From NCBI GenBank assembly GCA_051745145.1, contig JBNJDT010000001.1, positions 1 to 64,000 of the forward strand: DNA of 64,000 bases, read 5' to 3'. Positions 47,610 through 55,837 of this stretch are shown here, piece by piece (the stretch's first letter is position 1; each line of letters opens with the position of its first letter). Source of the stretch: Elusimicrobiota bacterium. Its GTDB lineage: Bacteria > CG03 > SLGR01 > JAGXOG01. The notes beneath the pieces were generated by a model. It did no database searches. It was not told where the DNA came from and saw nothing but the letters and a program-made list of their open reading frames with translations. The position numbers and the translations under genes are program-made.

Positions 47610-48122
47610 ATGAGTATTTTAACTAAAAATCAAATACTAAAAGAAATTCAAGAAGGTAATATTAAAATCAATCCGTTTAATAAAGAGCGGATAGGACCCG
47701 CCTCAATAGACTTAAGTCTAGATAATAAATTTCGGGTTTTCAAAAAAATTCACGGTACTTTTGCAGTAAAGGAAGAAGCAAATCACGAAGATGTCACTGA
47801 ATATATAGAAGTTGAGGATTATTTTTTATTAATGCCCGGTGAAAGTGTCTTGGGAATTACTAAAGAAAAGATATGCCTTCCTCAAGACATTTGCGGATGG
47901 CTGGAGGGACGGAGTACTTTTGCACGCCTGGGCCTTACAGTCCATGTAACCGCAAGTTTCATGCATCCCGGTATCAAAAGCAAGCAGGTTCTTGAGATAA
48001 ATAATGTTTCCTCAATACCTTTAGAACTTTATCCGGGTACGTATATCTGTCAGTTTATATTTCAGCGCTGCGAAGGCAAAGCTAAATACACAGGCAAATA
48101 CCGAAAACAGGAAAGACCGTAA
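47610..48122 (+). CDS. dcd: dCTP deaminase
   Basis: PASIDL.L, EGRST.ARLGL.VH.TA, LEI.N, ICQ, Y.GKY..Q. Confidence 0.9.
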   Translation: MSILTKNQILKEIQEGNIKINPFNKERIGPASIDLSLDNKFRVFKKIHGTFAVKEEANHEDVTEYIEVEDYFLLMPGESVLGITKEKICLPQDICGWLEGRSTFARLGLTVHVTASFMHPGIKSKQVLEINNVSSIPLELYPGTYICQFIFQRCEGKAKYTGKYRKQERP

Positions 48123-48140
48123 AATTTATTATATTTTTAC

Positions 48141-48584
48141 TTACTTAAGTTCCTCGATTTTTTTCTGTATTTTTTCCTGTCCTTCCGGAGAACCTAAAAA
48201 TCCTGGTTTTTGCTGCTCAAATTCTTGAAGTTCCTCTTCAGTAATTCCAAGCTGCTCTCTTACTTCTTTAGCTTCTTCTTTAAGCTGCGACTGCAACTGG
48301 TCTACTTTTTCAGAATCTCCTTCCCCCATAGCTTCGGCAAATTCATCTTCGTGCTCCTGCTGTTTGAGCTGCATACGGGCAGAATATTCTATGTAATCCT
48401 CTTCCGATAAGGAAACTTCAACATCGGCTTGGGCTTTTTTATCCGGTTCTTCTTTTTTGGACCGTTGCGGAGTTTCTATTTTTTCTCCCTCTTTACCTTC
48501 TCCCTCTTCACCGCCGTTGCCGCATCCGGCAACAAGAAAAAACACGGCAACTGTCAACCCCAACAAGATTTTTCCAATTTTCAT
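48141..48584 (-). CDS. Acidic lipoprotein of unknown function
   Basis: Signal peptide with lipobox LVAGC; Glu-rich helical mature part; AGGAGG RBS. Confidence 0.75.
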   Translation of the reverse strand: MKIGKILLGLTVAVFFLVAGCGNGGEEGEGKEGEKIETPQRSKKEEPDKKAQADVEVSLSEEDYIEYSARMQLKQQEHEDEFAEAMGEGDSEKVDQLQSQLKEEAKEVREQLGITEEELQEFEQQKPGFLGSPEGQEKIQKKIEELK

Positions 48585-48652
48585 TTTTTCCTCCTTTTTC
48601 CCGTTAAAAAATATTTTTTTGGGTCTTTACTTGTTTATTATAATAATTTTAT

Positions 48653-49141
48653 CTATTCTATGCCAATCCCTGCCGGAGCATTTCCCCCTGGAGTAGACGC
48701 TCCTTCTTCAATATCTAATTCTTCTAAAATTTCTTCGGTAACATCCCGAGCTCCGGCAAATAAGACATTCTCATCCATTACATAGTCATAGCCTTTTTCC
48801 TCGGCTATATTCCCGATATCCTCCTGCAATGATTGTGTAGCTTCTGCTTCTAAACGAACTCCGAGTTGCTGTAGTTGCTGCTGTATCATCTGCTGTCCCA
48901 TACGCTGTTCATCTTCATCCATTTCCTGCAACCGTTTTTGCAGCTTCTGCTGCTCTTTTTGAAACTCATTCTGGGCCTCTAAAAACGGGGGATACTTTTC
49001 AAGAATTCGATTTGTATTAACTGTGACAATAGTTAGCGAATCCTCGGCAAAAGAAACTGCTGATAATCCTGCAATAATTAATAGTACCGCGAAAAAAAAC
49101 CTAAAATTTTTACATATTTTTAAAATACTTGACTTGCTCAT
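48653..49141 (-). CDS. OmpH/Skp-family periplasmic chaperone
   Basis: Signal peptide ending SFA, IVTVN..RIL..YP, coiled coil, IAEEKGYDYV.D...L.AG..DVT.EIL. Start set at ATG 49141 after AAGGAGG. Confidence 0.8.
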   Translation of the reverse strand: MSKSSILKICKNFRFFFAVLLIIAGLSAVSFAEDSLTIVTVNTNRILEKYPPFLEAQNEFQKEQQKLQKRLQEMDEDEQRMGQQMIQQQLQQLGVRLEAEATQSLQEDIGNIAEEKGYDYVMDENVLFAGARDVTEEILEELDIEEGASTPGGNAPAGIGIE

Positions 49142-49236
49142 TAAAATTTCCTCCTTAACTTTTTCTACCATATAATTCTTATCTATAAATTATAATATAT
49201 AAAATAAAATGTCAAAAAAAATAACTTCTTACTTAT

Positions 49237-50493
49237 TTATATCTCTGTTAGTGAAATACTGTTAAACTTTTCTTTTAAAAGTTCATCCCTCTCTTGAAAT
49301 AGGTTTTCTATTTTATTGTATTTATTACTGTTATTAAACTCCGCTTTGTTAACCCCCTCACTGTTAAGGGCATTTACTACCTGCCAGGCGGTTACCTCTT
49401 CATCCTCCCCTGCCGGTTTAAAATAACGGGTTTTTTGTTGGTGGAATTCTGTTAATATTCCGACCTCGGTAAGCTCATAGAGAATCCGGTTAATCAGTTT
49501 AATCGGCCCCCCGGCTTTTTTTACAATCTCTTCGGCTGAAAGCGGATCCCCTTTTTCCTGACAATTACGATAAATTATAGATGAGACCAGCAATGCAGCT
49601 TTTTCTTTTAAAGAAAAACTTATATCGCCCGGACGTCCTTCACGCTTATAGATTTTATAATTCTGAACGGCAAAAGACGTTTCCGCCCCAATTAGTATTA
49701 CAATCCAGCTTATATAAACCCATAAAAAAACAAGAACAAACTGAGAAAAACTACCGTAAATAAGATTAAACTCGGTTGCTGCTGCCGTTGCCCATATTAG
49801 ATATATCCTGTAAGAAATATGCCATAATATCCCGGCGGTAATTCCGCCGGCTAGTGCAGCTTTGATCTTTATTCCAACCACCGGAAAAGCAAAATATAAA
49901 AATGAAAACCCAACCATTGTAATTACTACTGGGAAAAGCCCGCTGCTCACCGGAAACACATTACCGGCAAAATTCATGGCCCCGGATAATCCAACAGTTA
50001 TTACAACCGGTAGAATTATAATCGCGGATATATAATATATCAACTTTTTATACAGAGCCCTACTTTCTTTCACCCCCCATATATCATTAAAAGCTTTTTC
50101 CACGTTAAGCAATAAAAAAACAGTAATTTTAAGCAGTAACACCGCACCGATAATACCGAGGGCACTTAGCTGTGCTGTATCCACGTAATTTATGATTTCC
50201 GAAGCAAGTTCGGGATCAAATATAACCTTATTTATAAAATCGGCACCGTAAGTTCTCTGTATTCCCAATTTCTGTAATACGGTAAAAATAACAGCGGCCG
50301 TAGGAATTACGGCAAGTAAAGTATAATAGGTTAGCGAAGAAGCAAGCATATGGCATTTATCACGGACAAAATCTTTGGAAATTATTATTATTATTTTTAA
50401 AACTCTAAATAGAAAACCGCGTATGCTACCATACTTTTCGGTATTTATTACCCATATTTTTTCATTTATAAAATTCTTTATTTTTGACGTCAT
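49237..50493 (-). CDS. YihY/BrkB-family inner membrane protein with C-terminal winged-helix extension
   Basis: ASSLTYYTLLA.IP, VEKAFNDIWGV, IYGSF, LWVYISW.VILIGAE. Confidence 0.88.
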   Translation of the reverse strand: MTSKIKNFINEKIWVINTEKYGSIRGFLFRVLKIIIIISKDFVRDKCHMLASSLTYYTLLAVIPTAAVIFTVLQKLGIQRTYGADFINKVIFDPELASEIINYVDTAQLSALGIIGAVLLLKITVFLLLNVEKAFNDIWGVKESRALYKKLIYYISAIIILPVVITVGLSGAMNFAGNVFPVSSGLFPVVITMVGFSFLYFAFPVVGIKIKAALAGGITAGILWHISYRIYLIWATAAATEFNLIYGSFSQFVLVFLWVYISWIVILIGAETSFAVQNYKIYKREGRPGDISFSLKEKAALLVSSIIYRNCQEKGDPLSAEEIVKKAGGPIKLINRILYELTEVGILTEFHQQKTRYFKPAGEDEEVTAWQVVNALNSEGVNKAEFNNSNKYNKIENLFQERDELLKEKFNSISLTEI

Positions 50494-50627
50494 TTTAATA
50501 TTATTTATTTTTTAACCGAACTGCTTTTGTTTATAATATTTTAAATAGTAAAGCATTTTTCAGAAAATTGCAAAATCTTTATGCCGGTTTAAAATTCAGT
50601 TCGCTGAATAATTTTGAAATTCCTCTT

Positions 50628-50996
50628 CTAATAACCTCGTTTTTTGAGCTGGTCTTCATCAAAACCAAAGTAATGTGCTGTTTCATGAATAACTGTATGG
50701 AAAATCTTCTTTTTCATTTCTTCGGTAAGTTCAACGCCGAAAACTTCCTCAAAACTTTCCTTATAAATTTCAATACGGGTGGGCTCTGTTTGAACTGAAA
50801 ACGTCTTTCTATCTTTTCGGGCAATACCTGTAAATATACCAAACACAATTTTACCCGGATGACGCTCCCTGACCGCCCGGGGTACTTTTTCTCTGGGGAG
50901 AATATTTATTTTTTCTTTATTCAAAATTGCCCTGTACTTTTCAGGCAATTTTAAGACAACCCTGTTGACGGCTTTTTCAAATTTCTGGAATTTCAT
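50628..50996 (-). CDS. Zincin-like metallopeptidase (Zincin_1/DUF1025-like)
   Basis: LPE.YR, FGIF.G, P.RI.IY, TVIHETAHYFG.DED.L...GY. Confidence 0.82.
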   Translation of the reverse strand: MKFQKFEKAVNRVVLKLPEKYRAILNKEKINILPREKVPRAVRERHPGKIVFGIFTGIARKDRKTFSVQTEPTRIEIYKESFEEVFGVELTEEMKKKIFHTVIHETAHYFGFDEDQLKKRGY

Positions 50997-51258
50997 TTGA
51001 TTTGCTTTTAACTAACATACCACCTGCAGGAGACGGCCCGCAGCCTTTATTGAGTTTCAAAACTGTTTCTACCTGAGTAATAATGGCATGCAATTTTATT
51101 TTTCAAATTCCACCGGGTCAGCAGCTTTATTCCAAAGCAGATTTAAATATAAAGTAGATGAATGATTATTCCCGCTATAATATAGAGAGAATACGTACTC
51201 CACTCCTCTTATTTTCCTGTAGTTTAAACACTAAATAACTATTTAATTTTCAGTAAAT

Positions 51259-52452
51259 TTATTTTTCTATAAATTTTTTAAACTTAGTTAATCCTTCTTC
51301 CATTTCTTCAGCTGATATTCCGGAATAGGCAAATCTAATATATTTCTCGGTCTCTCCCGGCAATTTTTTACCGAAATGTAATCTGGTGCAAAAAGATACT
51401 CCGGTTTCATGAAGCACAGTTTTTCTAAATTCCGAATAAGTATCTATTCCCAGTTTATCCATAGCCTCCGTTACATTGGGGAATAAATAAAAAGTCGTCT
51501 GGGGTTTAAAACATTTCACTTCTTTAATAGAATTTAAAATTTCAAATCCCACGTCTCTTCTTTTTTCAAGGGTATTCAGTATATTTTTTACCCCGGACTG
51601 GTCACCGGTAAGTCCTTCAAGAGCACCGTACTGAACAAAATGATTAGAACAGGACTCGTCATTAGTATTTAATTTTCCTACAATCGGCGCTATATCATCG
51701 GGGGCAATAGCCGCTCCCAATCTCCAGCCGGTCATAGCAAATTTTTTAGAAAATGTATAGGCAATTACACACCTTTCCTGCATTCCGTCAAGGGAGGTTA
51801 GCGATTTTGATTTTCCCGAATACCTAATATCAAAATAAGCTTCATCACAGAGCACATATAAATCATGCTTCCTGACCAAACCAGCAATCCTTTCTAATTC
51901 CTCTTCGGAAGCTTCGGCAGCCATGGGATTTTGAAAATCGTTAAAAATTAAAATTTTTGTGTTCTCTGTAATAGAATTTTCCAGACCGTCAAGATCAAGT
52001 TTGAAACCTTCTTTTCCTTCCCTATAAGTATAGGGCACCGGAATACCTCCATGAAACTCTATCTGGGATTCGTAAATCGGATAACCGGGGTTGGGATAGA
52101 GGACTTCATCGCCAGGATTCATCAAAGCCAAAATAAATTTCCCTATAACAGGTTTTCCGCCGGGTTGAATGATAACATTTTCCATACTGTAGTCAGTATT
52201 ATGGGATTTATTAATATCTTCTGCCAGGGCCTCTCTGAGAGAATCAATACCCGCATTAGGGCAGTAACCCGTCTTACCATCTTTTATAGCTTTAAAAGTG
52301 GCTTCCTGTATATTTTTCGGGGTGGGTAGATCAATATCTCCAAGATGAAAGGGGTAAATTTTATTTCCCTGAGCCGCAAACTCCGAAGCTTCCTGAGATA
52401 CGGCAAATGCCGTTTCTGTTCCTAAACGTCCAATTCTTTTTGCTAATTTCAT
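51259..52452 (-). CDS. Class I/II PLP-dependent aminotransferase (aspartate aminotransferase-like)
   Basis: PNPGYPIY, QNP, DEAY, FSKKFAMTGWRLG (PLP lysine), IRFAY. Confidence 0.9.
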   Translation of the reverse strand: MKLAKRIGRLGTETAFAVSQEASEFAAQGNKIYPFHLGDIDLPTPKNIQEATFKAIKDGKTGYCPNAGIDSLREALAEDINKSHNTDYSMENVIIQPGGKPVIGKFILALMNPGDEVLYPNPGYPIYESQIEFHGGIPVPYTYREGKEGFKLDLDGLENSITENTKILIFNDFQNPMAAEASEEELERIAGLVRKHDLYVLCDEAYFDIRYSGKSKSLTSLDGMQERCVIAYTFSKKFAMTGWRLGAAIAPDDIAPIVGKLNTNDESCSNHFVQYGALEGLTGDQSGVKNILNTLEKRRDVGFEILNSIKEVKCFKPQTTFYLFPNVTEAMDKLGIDTYSEFRKTVLHETGVSFCTRLHFGKKLPGETEKYIRFAYSGISAEEMEEGLTKFKKFIEK

Positions 52453-52676
52453 TTTTTCCTCCGTATTCTTTACTAATTATCTTTTTCCTTTTGATTTTTT
52501 ATGTTATAAAAAAATTATAAAAAATTCAACTAATTAGACATAATTCATTAAGTATAATTGTGAAATTTGATAAATACTTTTAAAGCATTATGGTATTAAT
52601 TAGTTATCCGGTATATACAGCTATTTAATAGATTAAAGAACTGAAAATATACATTTATATTTAGGAGTTAGCCAAA

Positions 52677-53981
52677 ATGTCAGATAAAAAAAATGTTAAA
52701 GAGACAATAGATAATAATAATCGCGAAAAATCAGAATGGAAAGACTATCAATGGCATTTAAAACATTCCATTAAAGATATAGAAACTTTTCAAAAATTAA
52801 CGGGTATAGAATTTAACAAAGAGGAGAAAGCAAAACTAAAAAAAACTCTACAAAAATTTCCGCTTTCTATTACCCCTTATTATCTATCTTTAATTAAAAA
52901 AGAAAATTATAAAAAGGATCCCATATTTAAACAGGCTTTTCCCGATCCCAACGAACTTATAGTGACTAAATACGATATGGAAGATCCCCTCCATGAAGAT
53001 GAAGATAAGCCTGTACCGGAAATTACCCACCGGTATCCGGATAGAGTATTATTTACAATAAGTAACCAGTGTTCCATGTACTGCCGGCACTGTACCCGGA
53101 AAAGAAAAGTTGGGGATACAGATTATATTCCCTCTAAAAAAACTGTCAAAAAGGGAATTAAATATATTAAAGAGACCCCCCAGATCAGAGATGTAATTTT
53201 ATCCGGCGGAGATCCCTTAATGCTTTCCGATGACTATCTGGACTGGATCCTTACTGAAATAACTAAAATACCCCACGTTGAAATGGTAAGGATCGGTACC
53301 CGATTTCCGGCGGTTTTGCCATTCAGAATAACAGATAGTCTGGTTGAAATTTTAGCTAAACATCATCCCCTGTGGTTAAATACCCAGTTTAACCACCCGC
53401 GGGAGCTAACTTCCTCAGCTCAAAAGGCGCTGAAGAAACTGGCCGATGCCGGAATTCCTCTGGGAAATCAGTCGGTATTACTGGCCGGCGTTAATGATTG
53501 TCCCAGGATAATTAAAAATCTCATGCATAAGTTGCTTCAAAACCGGGTTAAACCATATTATTTATACCAGTGTGATTTAACTGAAGGACTCTTTCATTTT
53601 CGGACCCCCGTAGGGAAAGGAATCGAAATAATCGAAAACATGATAGGTCACACAAGCGGACTGGCTGTACCGACTTATGTTATAGACGCTCCGGGAGGCG
53701 GGGGTAAAATACCGGTTATGCCAAATTACCTTATTTCCTGGTCAACCCGAAAAGTAGTCTTGAGAAATTATGAGGGAAATATAACTACTTATAAGGAACC
53801 CGATTCTTACGAACCGGTATTTTGCGACCGTAATTGTGATGGCTGTAAACTTCAGCTGGATCTTGAAGGGGCTGCAGAATATAAATCCCGGGGAATAGTA
53901 AGCTTATTATCACACCATGATAACACTTCTTCCCTCATACCCGAAGGAACTGATAGAATAAATAGAAGAACAGATACCTAA
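52677..53981 (+). CDS. kamA: Lysine 2,3-aminomutase (AblA-type radical SAM/PLP enzyme)
   Basis: [18 protein letters not shown] (CxxxCxxC), [22 protein letters not shown] (PLP lysine), C-terminal CDRNCDGC. Confidence 0.93.
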   Translation: MSDKKNVKETIDNNNREKSEWKDYQWHLKHSIKDIETFQKLTGIEFNKEEKAKLKKTLQKFPLSITPYYLSLIKKENYKKDPIFKQAFPDPNELIVTKYDMEDPLHEDEDKPVPEITHRYPDRVLFTISNQCSMYCRHCTRKRKVGDTDYIPSKKTVKKGIKYIKETPQIRDVILSGGDPLMLSDDYLDWILTEITKIPHVEMVRIGTRFPAVLPFRITDSLVEILAKHHPLWLNTQFNHPRELTSSAQKALKKLADAGIPLGNQSVLLAGVNDCPRIIKNLMHKLLQNRVKPYYLYQCDLTEGLFHFRTPVGKGIEIIENMIGHTSGLAVPTYVIDAPGGGGKIPVMPNYLISWSTRKVVLRNYEGNITTYKEPDSYEPVFCDRNCDGCKLQLDLEGAAEYKSRGIVSLLSHHDNTSSLIPEGTDRINRRTDT

Positions 53982-53982
53982 T

Positions 53983-55311
53983 ATGACTGAAAAAATACTC
54001 CTAATAGGAAGCTGGGCTAAAGAGCAGATAACAATAGAAAATATAAAACAAAGTTCTACTTACCGGGTATTCTGTTATCTAAGTACTAAAAATCCGGGAA
54101 TACTTAAACTGGCCGACGGGTATAAAATCGGAAGTTTATCCGATAATAAAAACATAATTCAATACGCCCGGGATATCAAACCGGATTTAGTGCTAATTAC
54201 TACAGCCTCCCCCCTTTCAAATGGACTCACTGACGTACTCGAACGGGCCGGCTTTTCCGTATTTGCTCCCAGTAAACAGGCCGCCCGGCTGGAAATAGAT
54301 AAAGCTTACGCCAGAAATATTTTAAAAGAAATTGATATGGATATAGTTCCAAAATTCGGAGTTTTTAAGAAAATAGAAAAAGGCATAGAATTTGCCGGAA
54401 AATTAAACTGGGATGTAGCCGTTAAACCGGTGGGACTTACCGAAGGTCTGGGGGTAAAAGTTTCAGATGAACAGCTCAAAACCAAAGAGGATATAAAGAA
54501 TTATATCCGGGAAATTTTAAATAAAAAAATAAGCGGAAAATCAAAAGTTCTTATAGAAAAAAAGTTAACCGGAGAAGAATTCACAATACAGTGCCTGGCA
54601 TATGACGGAACAATTATTCCCACTCCGGCCGTTCAGGATTTTAAAAAATTAAAACCCAATGATAAAGGGCCAAATACGGCAAGCATGGGCTCTTACTCGG
54701 ATACAAAAAAAATACTTCCCTTTTTAACACCAGAAGAATACCGATACTCTCTTAAAATAATTCAAAAGACTGTGAATTATTTTACTCAAAAAACAGGCAA
54801 AGATTGCCGGGGGTTTTTATACGGCCAGTTTATTCTAACCCCTTCGGGTATTAAAGTTGTGGAGTATAATTTCCGGCCCGGAGATCCGGAATGGATGAAT
54901 ACTCTTACAGTTCTTAAAGATAATATAGCTGATAAAATTTTTAGTTTAATGAAAGGTAATGATATAAAATTAAATTTTAAGAATCGGGCCACCGTCTGCA
55001 AATATATAGTGCCCCGGGACTATCCCCGGAAATTATATCAGGAACTGGATATTGCCTTTCCTGAAGATAAATTAAAGGATTTGGGAGTAAATTTCTATTA
55101 CAGCGGGGGAATAGTTTCGGGGAACAGGTTAAATGTAGGTAAAGAAAGAGGAGTTGCTTTTATAGGTCAGGGGAATTCCATTGCTAAAGCAAATAACAGT
55201 GTAGAAAAAGCTATCTCATTGATAAAAGGTAATTTTAGATACAGATGCGATATCGGCTCTGAAAAATTAATTAATTCTAAGAAAAAGTATGTGAGGGAGG
55301 CAATAAGATAA
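53983..55311 (+). CDS. PurD-like ATP-grasp ligase (divergent GAR synthetase paralogue, function uncertain)
   Basis: NPG, AARLE.DK, VKPVGLTEGLGV, IEKKL.GEEF, QDFKK, GPNTASMGSYS, EYNFRPGDPE, TVCKY.VP..YP, R.DIG. Several canonical PurD motifs are altered. Confidence 0.8.
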   Translation: MTEKILLIGSWAKEQITIENIKQSSTYRVFCYLSTKNPGILKLADGYKIGSLSDNKNIIQYARDIKPDLVLITTASPLSNGLTDVLERAGFSVFAPSKQAARLEIDKAYARNILKEIDMDIVPKFGVFKKIEKGIEFAGKLNWDVAVKPVGLTEGLGVKVSDEQLKTKEDIKNYIREILNKKISGKSKVLIEKKLTGEEFTIQCLAYDGTIIPTPAVQDFKKLKPNDKGPNTASMGSYSDTKKILPFLTPEEYRYSLKIIQKTVNYFTQKTGKDCRGFLYGQFILTPSGIKVVEYNFRPGDPEWMNTLTVLKDNIADKIFSLMKGNDIKLNFKNRATVCKYIVPRDYPRKLYQELDIAFPEDKLKDLGVNFYYSGGIVSGNRLNVGKERGVAFIGQGNSIAKANNSVEKAISLIKGNFRYRCDIGSEKLINSKKKYVREAIR

Positions 55312-55313
55312 AT

Positions 55314-55817
55314 ATGAAAAATTCAGATTTTAATATTCGTGAAGCTAAAGAAGAAGAATTTTTAAAATTGCATAAATTTGTGGCCAACTGCCCTCCCCTG
55401 GAACAGTATCCGGTTCACTTATACAAATTAACGCTCAGGTATTTTCGAAATACGTGTTTTATCGCAGAATTAAACGGCAATTGGGCTGGTTTTCTTACAA
55501 GTTTTATCTCCCAGGTAAATCCGGAAAATTTATTTATGTGGCAGATAGGCATTCATCCTGATATGCAGGGTAAAGGACTTGGCAAAAAAATTTTAAAAGC
55601 AGCAGAAAAAAAATTAAAGAAAAGAGGAATCAAAAAAATAGAATTAACCGTGGATCCTGAAAACAGTCCTTCCCAGAAATTATTTACCGGCATGGGGTAT
55701 AAAAACATAAGTAAAGATGAAGGGGAATGTGTAAATATTAATAATACACCGGCAGTTAAAGATTTTTACAAACCGGGCAGACATTTTACGGTTTTTCAAA
55801 AAAAATTAAATATTTAG
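55314..55817 (+). CDS. EctA-like GNAT N-acetyltransferase
   Basis: V..CPPLE....Y....YF.NTC.IAE, LFMWQIGI.P..QGKGLG, TVDPEN.PSQKLF; this pattern resembles diaminobutyrate acetyltransferase. Confidence 0.8.
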   Translation: MKNSDFNIREAKEEEFLKLHKFVANCPPLEQYPVHLYKLTLRYFRNTCFIAELNGNWAGFLTSFISQVNPENLFMWQIGIHPDMQGKGLGKKILKAAEKKLKKRGIKKIELTVDPENSPSQKLFTGMGYKNISKDEGECVNINNTPAVKDFYKPGRHFTVFQKKLNI

Positions 55818-55837
55818 AATAGTAAAATTTTATTTTT

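Noticed and set aside
50594..50609. ATTCAG-TTCG-CTGAAT hairpin as terminator of the zincin gene
   Set aside because: The stem is a weak 6-bp AT-rich helix with a short U-tract, which is not enough to call.
50997..51258. 260-nt intergenic region considered as 6S RNA, riboswitch or small ORF (a 35-codon GTG ORF and hydrophobic fragments on the minus strand)
   Set aside because: I could not find long-range terminal pairing or a known motif. The coding fragments are short and interrupted, so it may be a decayed gene, but I cannot support a call.
52677..53981. EpmB (EF-P modification), glutamate 2,3-aminomutase or a lysine-fermentation kam cluster
   Set aside because: No efp/epmA or kamDE/kdd neighbours; the length, Cys-rich C-terminus and lysine-binding aspartates fit an AblA-type enzyme.
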